This document shows, in pieces, positions 1-11,391 of a stretch of 19,154 nt of DNA; the first letter of the stretch is position 1, and each line of letters begins with the position of its first letter. A program made the position numbers and the translations under genes. A model generated the notes under the pieces. The model searched no databases. It saw only the letters and a list, made by a program, of their open reading frames with translations, and was not told the DNA's origin. Source of the stretch: Ginkgo biloba (taxonomy: Eukaryota > Plantae > Ginkgophyta); assembly GCA_024626585.2 (NCBI GenBank), contig JANKJI020000002.1, positions 244,695,441 to 244,714,594 on the forward strand, in the 5' to 3' direction.

Positions 1-119
1 CCATAATTGAAGCTATTTATCTCACTAAAGCTCATTCTTTTCCATTAAAGTTTGTTTATTCTCTACTACCTACTTTTCATCTCAGTCCACCAACTCAAAT
101 GGTTATGCCTTCGTAAACC

Positions 120-1007
120 ATTTGTCCCCTTAATCTTGTCTAGAACATCGATGATGTTCTCAATAAATTTTAGGATGCATGCCCCAAATTAAAAGGAGAT
201 AGTTTAATGTATGGAGAATAATATATAGAGAACTTTGCTATAATGTATGGCAATTTTGACATAACCTCTAAGAACGTGGCTATCAAGTTGTTTATACACA
301 CATTTGAGGTAGAATCTCTCAAATGGAACCAAATATTACCCAATGGATCTATCACCAATTGGTATACCCTCATGCAACACTTAAAACCAAATTTCCTCCA
401 TGAGAATACTATAGTAATCCTGATCAAGGCGTTATTTACTATGAAGAAGGGAAATAAAGAAAGTGTTAAGGACTATGTCGCAAGATACAATTGGACTCTA
501 AATTCTATTGCCTAAAATTCTCGGCCAACAATTGAAGTATAGAAAGAATGATTTTTAGAGGGGTTAGATCCGTATATGAGATATGCTATCAAATATAAAC
601 TTCCTACTAATTTGGTAGCTATGAAGACAATGGTTATAACCATTAAGAAGAGATTGATAAAGGTCAATAAAGTTATACCCCTCAACTTTGTCTTTCCTAA
701 AGAAGAGAGCAATGTTGGCATCCATTAAACTCAAGCACTTCTTAGGAGAATGAAAAATGAAATCATAATGGTAAAAGGGAAGATTAGGGAGCAAAGCAAC
801 AATAAGGCCACTTTCCTGCAAAGGTCCAAGGAGGAACCTTCCACCTCCAACCATGAAGTGACTTATGAAGATTACAATGATTTGACCATAAACGAGAAAG
901 ATATCAAATTCAAAAGCCTAATGGAACAAGAGCCAAATTTTGATGAATTTACAATAAACCTTAACATACTGACCTACGATGGGGAAGAATTTGACCCTAG
1001 TGAAGCA
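120..1007 (+). pseudogene. gag: Degenerate Ty3/gypsy-type gag (Retrotrans_gag-like capsid), truncated by a gap
   Basis: One frame, shared by ORFs 243..515 and 750.., reads PLNLV*NIDDVLNKF*DACPKLKGD...E*YIENF...VAIKLFIHTFEVESLKWNQILPNGSITNW...F...MKKGNKESVKDYVARYN...FLEGLDP. This fits the gag pattern KLFxxSLxGxAxxWFxxLPxxSIxxW...KxxNESVxDYxxRF...FxxGL and has several in-frame stops. Confidence 0.82.
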
Positions 1008-1107
1008 NNNNNNNNNNNNNNNNNNNNNNNNNNNNNNNNNNNNNNNNNNNNNNNNNNNNNNNNNNNNNNNNNNNNNNNNNNNNNNNNNNNNNNNNNNNNN
1101 NNNNNNN

Positions 1108-2603
1108 AAATATGGTTTATCAGGGATCAGAGATTCGGGGTTCCCAATGAGGGATGCCTCCTTTTAAGCCTCCAACTCTATAGACCTGATAGATTATTAA
1201 TTTCTGTTAAGTCCTAGAAGGTGTATAAAGGATTTATATATAAAGAATTTATATGTATATTTATCAACCATTAGGATATTGGGGGTTTGGACCTCCTCCC
1301 TAATGGATGCACCATTTTATATAAAAGACCATGGACCTGGCATATTATCAAATAGAGTATGATCAAAGATTGGGGATCAGAGATCCTATAGTAATCCATG
1401 CTTACATCCTTTGGAAAAGTTTGAATTTAGTAGACTTGATAGAATATCAGTGGGACATATTTTGAGGGAGCCATAGAGGCACACACAGGTGATCATTAAG
1501 CATTCAAGAGGTCACCTACTAGATCCATTGGAGGAAAAAAAGAGATGTTAGTGACATAGACGTTGGCACAAAGCTATTTTGACAAGAATAAAATCCTAGA
1601 GTGTGAATGAGAAAGGGTTCCATGTTTGTGATTATGGTTTTACCTTGGTCATAGAGTGGGTTCTATGCTCATAGAGGTGGATCCCCTGACTGGATTATTA
1701 TGGGTTAGTCAAGTTGGTTGGCATGCAAATATGAGGAGCAACAAGTAACTAGATCCACGAAAAGTGTTATGGGATCCATCCACTAGTAGTGGTTGAGAAA
1801 AAGAGTTATAAACAATGCTGTGGGAGTCGTTCAATGGTGAAGGTGGGTTATGGGGATTTTTCCTAGGAGTAGAGTAGAGCATGTATAAGTTTATATCAGG
1901 TAGATTCACTCATAATATTATATTCAAAGAACATTGGAGAATACTGGCGTTGGAGAATTTTTTCGATGGGAAAAGGCCAACTGAGAGTTTGGTGGAAGGA
2001 AGTATTTGTAGATTGACAGAACCATGAAGAGAAGTAATCGGTGTTGGTGATGGAGAGTTTTTCCATGGGGATGAGACCAAATGAGTAGGGATGACATAAT
2101 ATTTTGCCTAATATTTTTATGCCGAACAAATCATTAAGAGAGGCGATAAAAACAGATGACAATGAGAATTTTTCGTGGTGAAGATGAAGCTGAGAAGATC
2201 ACCGAGAGAGGTAGCTCAAGAGTGTAGGTTAAGTGGCCCGAAGTATTAAAATGCAATATCATTTGTAATATGTTATATTTGGCTCTCTATAGATGAGGAA
2301 GAGCTATAGAGGTTATTATATTAATGTTTGATATATTTTGAGCTTAATATGATCTGGAGTTTTATTCCTCAAGAGGGTTTCTCGACTTAAAAATATTATA
2401 ATTTTATCTTATGGTATGATTTTTTGTGAAATATTTCTTGTTATGTTTGTGGGTGCCCACTATGAGTTTTATTTGAGATTTCATATATTACACTTGAATG
2501 ATATATTGAGGTTCTATGTTGGGAGCTCCATCTCATTAGTAAAAGATCCTGGAAGGCAGTGTGAGTTTGCATGATAGTGAGAGATGAGATTAAAAGAACA
2601 TTA
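1108..2603 (+). mobile_element. Old LTR-like segment related to the LTR at 11392-12998; boundaries approximate
   Basis: 2354-2383 ctggagttttattcctcaagagggtttctc matches 12605-12634 ctggagttttatttcccatgagggtttctc at 27/30. In both places it follows a tgtaat/AT-rich tract and precedes aaaaat plus a T/G-rich tract. There is no credible ORF. A possible decayed 3' end is aacatta at 2597-2603 (CATCA to CATTA), and no PBS follows it. Confidence 0.5.
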
Positions 2604-5600
2604 ATTTTATTTATTTTTATTTGGGACGTGTTCCCTTATAGTATCTAGTGCCCTCCTATGTGTTCTCCTAGACTGTGCTGTGTCACTTTCCAAGATTCCT
2701 ATTAGAAGGCTTAGATATGCAGCATAAANNNNNNNNNNNNNNNNNNNNNNNNNNNNNNNNNNNNNNNNNNNNNNNNNNNNNNNNNNNNNNNNNNNNNNNN
2801 NNNNNNNNNNNNNNNNNNNNNNNNNNNNTTAGTTTAATATGGTTGTCACTATATAAACAAAGAAGTAATCATAGAATAAGTTATATCTCCCTTGATATTT
2901 TTCTTTCCCACCCCCTTACAGGGCTTGGAATGAACCATCCTAAATTCAAAGGGGAATCTTTGAAATATTCAATCCATATTAAAACCAACAACTAAGTTAT
3001 TCTTTCTTGGAGGCCTTCCCTTCCTATGATATTTAGGGAGAGTTATTCAAATAAGGGAGTATATATGATTTGCAAGGTCTCTATTTCTTGGATTGGTCAG
3101 GGAGCCACATGAAGAAAAANNNNNNNNNNNNNNNNNNNNNNNNNNNNNNNNNNNNNNNNNNNNNNNNNNNNNNNNNNNNNNNNNNNNNNNNNNNNNNNNN
3201 NNNNNNNTGGATCAACAACCAAGACTTCTTTGATTCTATCTCAACTAGGAATTAGTGAGTCACATCAATATAAGGGAGTTATATACCCTTCTTGGGTTCC
3301 CCCTCATTTCCTAAATCGACCAGGGATCCAAATATGGACTAGGAAAAGAGATTTGACACTCAGTAAATGATAAGGTGATGATGAGAATTAAAATCTGAAG
3401 TGACAACAACACCTAATATGNNNNNNNNNNCTTATCAAATTCTTAACTATAAGCTAAAGGTATAATCTAGAGTGGCCTTGTGGCAATGAATCAGTAGCAC
3501 CAACCCCAAATAACCATTAATTCTTACTATCATATCTTCTTTTAATGATCATATGTGTGTCACTCATCCCTAGTGCTATGGAAATAATCCCTCCTTATCA
3601 CCTACAAATATTCCTTCTTAGAAAGTTCTATGCATACTCAAAAAATAATTCTTCTTTCTCTATTTCTATGTTCCTACTTCACCGAGTTATTCTAATTCAT
3701 CCTAAATTCTTATTCTCTCTTTGTAAGAATTTGCAATAAACTTAGTATAATATTTGTTAATTATTTCTATGAATATGCATAGTATAAAAGAATAAAATGG
3801 TCCTAACTATTTTTACAGTAAAAGAGTATTTAGAGAAGTATGGTTGCCAGATCCTTTTGGGTTACCATAGTAGTTGAAGAACATTTAGACCATTATACCC
3901 ATGAATGACAACTATTCTCTAAAGTGAATAAGAACATGCATCATAAACTATATTACATGACATTATAACAAGNNNNNNNNNNNNNNNNNNNNNNNNNNNN
4001 NNNNNNNNNNNNNNNNNNNNNNNNNNNNNNNNNNNNNNNNNNNNNNNNNNNNNNNNNNNNNNNNNNNNNNNNTAACTTAATGAACCATGATATATCCACC
4101 TAATATTGTCTAACTTAGTTACTAGTGAGTTAAGTACATATATCCCAAGTCAAATTAAACTCTATTTATGTATCTCATAATCACTAGGATCCATGAAGAT
4201 GGGACCCCTCTAAATTTATTACTATAAGAGATATATAAATAAATAATAGTTGTTGCAATATGAAAAATGGTAGGAATATTTTTATCACTAATATCAATAC
4301 ATTAACCCTAGTAAAGGTCATTATAATAAGGTTATTTTGACCTAAAAGGTAGTTCATAGCATCAGGACTAACTACTTAGTCCTAAGATAATTCCACTGAC
4401 TCCTTTATGTAAGACACTCCCAAAATCCTATATACATCAAGTTTGGTGAATCACATATAAGAAAATATAGAAAACTAAAAATATTAGGAATTTCATCCCT
4501 ATGCTCCACCAACTCCTAATCAAAATTTATACCCTCTATAATCTGCACTTTCTTATAATTACCATCTCATAATGGATCAACCCACCTAGTAACTCTTTCA
4601 TCACATGTCATCATTCTCATTATTAATATTACCCATGTATACCTATAGTCATGGAAGTAAAAAAACATAAATAATAAGTATTTAAATTATGAAAACTAAA
4701 AAAATAACACTCCAATTACTATTTTTTAGGGTACATNNNNNNNNNNNNNNTCATAAGGGATACAGAGATAATGTCACATGCTCATTTAATTATGCTAAAG
4801 GAGAGAGAGATCCATTATCATCACCAAGATATATTCATGAAAAAAAATATAGCTAGACTTTCCTACATGCATGAATTCATGATAGTGCAAAGTCGGGTCA
4901 TTAATGATCCCTCTAATATTTTTTAAAAATGACCATGGAGTCCACCAGAGTTTTCTCATAAAAAATCATTGAAATGCATACAGTGAATTGAATGATTTCT
5001 TAGAATCACTCTCATAGGACCCACAAAAACTTATAAAACATAGTAAAAACAAAAAAATTAAACATAGTTGAGTGAGGGAACTTGTTAGAGAGTGTGTCAT
5101 CATTGTCAAATATGATACCTCTCTTCAATGCTTCTTGTAGAATCTAATTTTGTCCTCTCTAGAAATAACCTCCTAGAGTCTAATATCACCACACATAGGA
5201 TGGCATATAGATGATAAGCTAGGTAGGTTGTAGAGAAAAATGCATTGCAAAGAAAAAATGTAAATCACAAATCAAAGGTGAATGACATAGATTCAAATTT
5301 ATTTATTTTGAAGATTTGAAGTAATTTAATTAGAATTAGATCATGTTCTACATCCACTCTTAGTTTATATCAAGGTCATTTAGGTGACCATTTTTTATTT
5401 TTTAAGTCTCCTTTATTAAACCAAATTCAAGTATGTTTTTTTATAAGCTTATATCATGNNNNNNNNNNNNNNNNNNNNNNNNNNNNNNNNNNNNNNNNNN
5501 NNNNNNNNNNNNNNNNNNNNNNNNGAGTATTCAAACTTAGAAAGTATCCTTTTTTAAAAAAAATTATTAAAGGTGTTAGTAGTAGGTCACATGAATGACC

Positions 5601-8600
5601 AGGAGCTTAAAGTTGAAGGAGATAAAGGCATATTAAGAAGTTAATTTTTGTATTTAGAATATGGTTGGAAAACCCGTATATAAGGCTCTATTATGGATGA
5701 AACTTAAAGAATATATTTATATTTCAATAAGAAATTAAGGCGATCTAATAGAATTTAAAAATTTATTTATTAAGTACTTGTTTTTTAATCAGTTTAGAAG
5801 TAATTTGTCAAANNNNNNNNNNNNNNNNNNNNNNNNNNNNNNNNNNNNNNNNNNNNNNNNNNNNNNNNNNNNNNNNNNNNNNNNNNNNNNNNNNNNNNNN
5901 NNNNNNNNNNNNTCTACATCTCATTCCAAGAAAAGTTGATTCTTATATTTTGTACTTTATTTTATATATTAAAACATTTTAATCACATAGCTAAAATGAA
6001 TCTCTTCACATCATTATATTTAGATGATTGAGTAATGATTGATCATAGGTAATCCAATATTGATAACATAAGGAATATTTTATTATAGGTCTCTTCTATT
6101 TTTAGTAAAATATGTCCAATGATTTATTTCCACTTCAACAATAGGCTTTTACTGACACCTTGTAGTAAGATTTTAGCCTCCTAGATTCTGTCATTGTATA
6201 AATCATTTATTATATTTCTAAAGTATACCCATGTAATAAATCTATGACTCATAAAGTTAATAAGAAGAAATAAGGATAGAATATATATACCTATATATTG
6301 CATATTCATTCATATACCCTCACATTATAGTAGGATCTACATTCATGAGTCATTAATTAGTGAGTCATACCTAGTCTAGATCTAAATACTAAAGAATTTC
6401 TTAGGCTCCACATATGGATATAAATATCTAAGTCAGATCACATTACCACTCTTCTTTCTTATAATATATCAAGTCACCTAGTTGTATCTATAAATGGATC
6501 AATAAACTCAAGAAGATCCATAATAAAATCAAATTACATCTCTATTACCCCTGAGATGTAAAAACTAGCTAAGCCAACATGGAAACAAATATTAATCAAG
6601 TAATCAAACATTAAATCCTAATAAAACTAAACTAAAAATGGGATCATCCTCTCTCATAACAAGATATTGAAGAAGGTGTGATCATTAGATGGTTAATATT
6701 GATAGATAAATAAATCTTTGAAGTGTTATATTTCTTATAAATCTAAAGCTAAGTTTTCTTCTTAAATATGACTCAAGAATTATATGAATGGTCACTCATT
6801 AATCATATTCACCAATAGAGATAGTTGAGGAAATCTTATCCCTTCAATAACTACATGGATAATTAATATTTATGCAATGGATAGCTTAATCATCATTAGC
6901 CTTTTCCTACCCCATGAAACCAACAATATTATCGAATATGATATAGTCATAGGTTCTCTCATAGATTCTTCACCCTTGCATCCTTCCCACATCATCCTAT
7001 ATAATGGTTTTGATTTGGTTTCAGATCTAAACCGATTTTCTATAATTTTCTAGGATATTCATATTATAGAGAAAATTGGGTAAAATCCATACAATTTCAT
7101 CCTATTATCAATGAATGAAAGTTGTATCCTTATCATTCATCTTCAAAACAAGACTAAGAGTGTGAAAAATAGAGCTATAGTTTGAAAGTTATGCTCATTT
7201 TAGTGACTTCTTATCATTATGGGAAAATAGACTCAATCATTTAATGAATAGACTAGGTCATTCGTCGAATGAAAAATAGTTATTTCACAAATGGATGAAA
7301 TTGTTTAATGGACAAACAAAGGCGTTCATTGAGTAGTGAGAAATGGACGAAATATTCCAACTATAATTTGACCATAACTTGGTCATACAAACTCAAAATG
7401 AGTTGAAATTTGAATTGGAGGAGTTGGACACTAAACCACTTAGGATCACCAAAATTTAGCTAAAAAAGAATTTGTTTAGCTCCTCAAANNNNNNNNNNNN
7501 NNNNNNNNNNNNNNNNNNNNNNNNNNNNNNNNNNNNNNNNNNNNNNNNNNNNNNNNNNNNNNNNNNNNNNNNNNNNNNNNNNNNNNNNGAGGGTCAACGC
7601 CATGTGAAGGATGCTATTGAAAGATGTCCATTGATGATTGTAATCATTATTATTAGAGAACTAGTCTAGGGGCACACCTGAACTAAGAGGAGGTAGTCAT
7701 GGTGTTGTTATAACTAAGGAGTCAAGGGGGAGACATAGATAGATGGGAAGCTAGAGAAGAAATGACGCTTATAATTTTTTTTTTTCCATTCTCTATAGAA
7801 GCTAAATATAGAAGATGACCACTCCATTTAGGAAGAATAATCATTGTCATGAATCCATCTGGGAAATAGTCATTGATAAGAGGTATTTTTTGGTTGTTCA
7901 CAAGTGGGATATATCACCAGATGAGAAAATAATGACACACAAGAGGCTGCACGATGATCCAAATATGCTTGTAGGATAATTCCAAAGTGCTATGAATCAA
8001 ACACCCATTATAGACTATGTACTATAATTATGTCTAGGATATAGCGAGAGAGTGAATAAAAAAAGGAAGGAGTTTGAACAATGAGTACATGTAGCTAAAT
8101 CTATTTAAAAATTGGTTATAGGATCATAGCAACTACATTTAGGAAATTTTTTTATATTAACTTTTTTTGTTTTGTTTTACAAATTACCTAAGTGTAGACA
8201 TTGGGGTTTAAAAAATATTAAAAATTTCTAAAGATAATTCAATTAGGGTTATATGGTAGAAGGAGATAACTACTTTTTTAGAGTCTCTATTTTTATTTTT
8301 TAATTTTTTAAAAAGATGTTGATGTGTAAAAAATCATTCTCTCTCATCCTTAAGTGGTCATATTGAGGCATTTTGGCATCCTCCAAGATGATCTATGACA
8401 TTAAAATTTAAATACCAACTACCTATATGTTGACTGGCATTTGGAGTGATTATGGAATCCTACAAGATGAGAGAAGAAAAATTAATCTAAAAAATTTATA
8501 TATATATAATTTTTTATGGCGTGGTGAGGCTATTTTAATCCCATTGTAGTATTTTGTGGTGTGTGATTTTTTAATCTTATGTTTATTTTCTTTAAAAATT

Positions 8601-9620
8601 ATGGAAATAGAAATTAAAAGAAGTATCATGGGTGTAGTGATAGAGAAGTTGACTAGTTCAAAAAAATATAAGGTATGGGAGCATCAAATCGTGATTTTTA
8701 TATTGCTAAATGACCTATGCAAGTATATGGAATAAATATTGATAGTCAATAAAAATTATGTTAAACATGTGGTCGAGTTTAAGGCCAAATGTCATATCAC
8801 CATAGGGTTTATAAATTTGTCAATAGGTGGAAACTTTATTATGAATATAAAGGATGCCAAAACACTTAAGGAAGAGTGGAATATAATTATGTCCATGTAT
8901 AAGCACAAGGATGATTCTAGGGTGATAATGTTGAGGAATTAGATATACAATATCAAGTTCAAAGGATAGATGATAGACCATTTACAGTAGGTCAAAGTCA
9001 TAAAGGATCAATTGAACACTATTGGACATAAAATTGAAGACACTAAGTTGATCACTTTTGTACTGATAAGTCTTCCTGATTATTAAAAGAGATTTATAAC
9101 CATCTTGACAATATATGAAAATATTACCACTATGTCATTCAATAAATTAGAGGGTATTTTTCTTCAACAAGAATAGATGCTAAAGGATCATAGTGAGAAG
9201 TCATATGGCACATTTATATCCAAATTGAAGGGTAATCATCCATTTATCCCTAAGAATATGATGGTCCATCCTTACTATAAGACAATGCAAATAGACTTTG
9301 AGCTGACCCATAGAAAACCCCATGATAATTTTGTCATCAAAGGTAACCTTAAGGACAAATAATACCATCACATAAGTGCTAGATATAAAAGGCCATCTTA
9401 GGGTTGAGGGCTCTTCGAGGTGAGGTCCAAGTGATGTTAATACAGAACATGTAAATATCCTCTTAAAGGCTCATTAATCTCCTCCATCCAAAGAGAATCT
9501 AAAAGAGGGTAGCTAATCAATAGAGATGCAAATAGACTGAAGCAGTGATGAAACCTTTGAGTACCAACATTGTATATGGGATGGATGATCCAATATAGCT
9601 AGATGTTGCAAGGAACAAAG
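8601..9620 (+). pseudogene. gag: Copia gag (UBN2/Retrotran_gag_2-type) pseudogene
   Basis: From ATG 8601: MEIEIKRSIMGVVIEKLTSSKKYKVWEHQI...NDLC...IKDAKTLKEEWNIIMSMY...SRVIMLRN*IYNIKFKG*MIDHLQ*VKVIKDQLNTIGHKIEDTKLITFVLISLPDY*KRFITIL...SFNKLEGIFLQQE. This matches IEKLxGxNYxxW, AKExW, DQLxxIG and LxSLPxxY. A CCHC knuckle near 9560-9612 is barely recognisable. Confidence 0.9.
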
Positions 9621-10113
9621 GATAAAAAAGGAGTATCGATCTCTCCATGTGCTTGTACAATGTGGAGCTAAGATACAAATTTGAAACTCGTAGACATTGA
9701 TGTTGCACATCAAATTCTACCAGAACAATGCTTTTAGGCAGCGTTTGATTACATTGCATAGTTCATTAAAGCATAATGGTCTAGAACTTCTCTATTGGTG
9801 CCCATTGTGCATGATTAAAGGTCAAACCCTAGATGCATGATCTAGACATCACTATGTGTTTCACCAATGCATCAAAAAGTTGCATTTTGNNNNNNNNNNN
9901 NNNNNNNNNNNNNNNNNNNNNNNNNNNNNNNNNNNNNNNNNNNNNNNNNNNNNNNNNNNNNNNNNNNNNNNNNNNNNNNNNNNNNNNNNNNNNNNNNNNN
10001 NNNNNNNNNNNNNNNNNNNNNNNNNNNNNNNNNNNNNNNNNNNNNNNNNNNNNNNNNNNNNNNNNNNNNNNNNNNNNNNNNNNNNNNNNNNNNNNNNNNN
10101 NNNNNNNNNNNNN

Positions 10114-10630
10114 AATAGTGTGTTCAATGGGAGATAGGGTAAAATTTAAATATAATTTGATATGATAATGGATACAAGTAAAAATCTACTAATTTTAATC
10201 ATTACTTCAAGGATCAAGGCATTCAGAGGCAGTTCATGGCTTCTTACATACCAAAGAAAAATGGGGTTATTGAATGGATGAACATGACTTTGGTGAAAAA
10301 ATCCAAGTCCATGATGAAAGGAAATAACATGGTGGATTATCTCTNNNNNNNNNNNNNNNNNNNNNNNNNNNAACAAATAGAATTATGATGTAGGAAATTT
10401 AGGGTAAAATTCCCAAGGAGGCTTGGTTAGGAAAGAATGATACTATAAGCCATATAAATTTTTTTGGGTGTATTACATACATGCATACCCTAATGGAGAA
10501 GTGATAAAAGTTTGATGATAAGAGTTCTAAGTATATTCTAGTGGGATATTAAAAAGAGAGTAAATCTTACTAAGTGTTCAAGTTGTAGACTAGAAAGGTG
10601 CATATGGATCATGATGTCATCTTCGATGAA
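10114..10630 (+). pseudogene. pol: Copia integrase (rve core C-terminal half plus downstream SH3-like region), degenerate
   Basis: YDNGYK*KSTNFNHYFKDQGIQRQFMASYIPKKNGVIEWMNMTLVKKSKSMM corresponds to the consensus DNGGEY...GIxRQxTxxYTPQQNGVAERxNRTL. It continues as KIPKEAWLGK...HINFFGC...KFDDKSSKYILVGY...KSY*VF...HDVIFDE. Confidence 0.92.
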
Positions 10631-10974
10631 GGTTAGAGGAGATTGATTTGGATAGGAAGATGATTGAGGAACAACCTAATTTAGTTCTTTAAGGGAGGTT
10701 GAACAACTTGAGTATACTATAAAATTGATAGTGGTGATTGATATTATTAGTGATAATAGAGAAGTGGAATATAAAATATTTTAGTTTGAGTGACCTAAAG
10801 TGACTTCTGCATTAGCATAGCCAAAAGTTATTCCTACACTAGTAAAACCACTTTCTAAATAGTACACATCAATCATGAAGGATGCACAAGGGAAGTTACT
10901 ATCCACGAAGGGTAAGTGAAAATATAATATGAGACCCAAAGAGGTCAATTCTAATCTTGGAATGGGTTTTAAGT

Positions 10975-11234
10975 GTCAATGAGCCTTCCATTTTTTAGGA
11001 GGAAAGTAGAGATAAAAAGTAGAATGTTGCAATGGATGCTAAAATCCAGGCAGTGTCAAAAAATAGAACGTGGGACTTGATGGAATTTCCTACTGTAAAA
11101 TAGGGAATTAGTTATATATGGGCATATACGACTAATTACAAAGATAATGGATTAGTTAATAAGTATAAAGAAAGACTTGTTGTAAAGGGATTCAATCAGT
11201 AAGAAGGGATATACTACTAGGATATATTTTCTCT
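10975..11234 (+). pseudogene. pol: Copia reverse transcriptase (RVT_2) N-terminal part, cut by a gap
   Basis: VNEPSIF*EE...*NVAMDAKIQAVSKNRTWDLMEFP...GISYIWAYTTNYKDNGLVNKYKERLVVKGFNQ*EGIYY*DIFS corresponds to the consensus EPxxF..WxxAMxxE..NxTWxL..KYKARLVAKGFxQxEGIDYxETFS. Confidence 0.93.
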
Positions 11235-11391
11235 NNNNNNNNNNNNNNNNNNNNNNNNNNNNNNNNNNNNNNNNNNNNNNNNNNNNNNNNNNNNNNNNNN
11301 NNNNNNNNNNNNNNNNNNNNNNNNNNNNNNNNNNAAATGGTCAAAATATAGCCATTGGGCTATAAATAGCACATAAAATTTTTCCTGTATA

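Larger units (their letters stand above)
8601..11234 (+). mobile_element. Ty1/copia LTR-retrotransposon internal region (dead); domain order gag-PR-IN-RT; LTRs not identified
   Basis: Integrase lies upstream of RT, which is the copia order. All domains are on the + strand with many stops. Gaps interrupt it at 9890-10113 and 10345-10370, and it ends at gap 11235. Confidence 0.93.

Noticed and set aside
1709-2162. Minus-strand ORFs 1709..1909 and 1896..2162
   Set aside because: They are short, show no recognisable motifs, and lie inside LTR-like sequence.
2829-5812. AT-rich fragments between gaps, searched for genes, MITE ends and RNA genes
   Set aside because: I found no supportable ORF, terminal repeat or RNA structure. 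It is probably decayed repeat DNA but cannot be assigned by eye.
9833-10165. ORFs spanning N runs (also 979..1167, 2675..2995, 3070..3255, 7472..7669, 11217..11471, 17662..17871)
   Set aside because: They are open only because Ns contain no stop codons, so they are assembly-gap artefacts.
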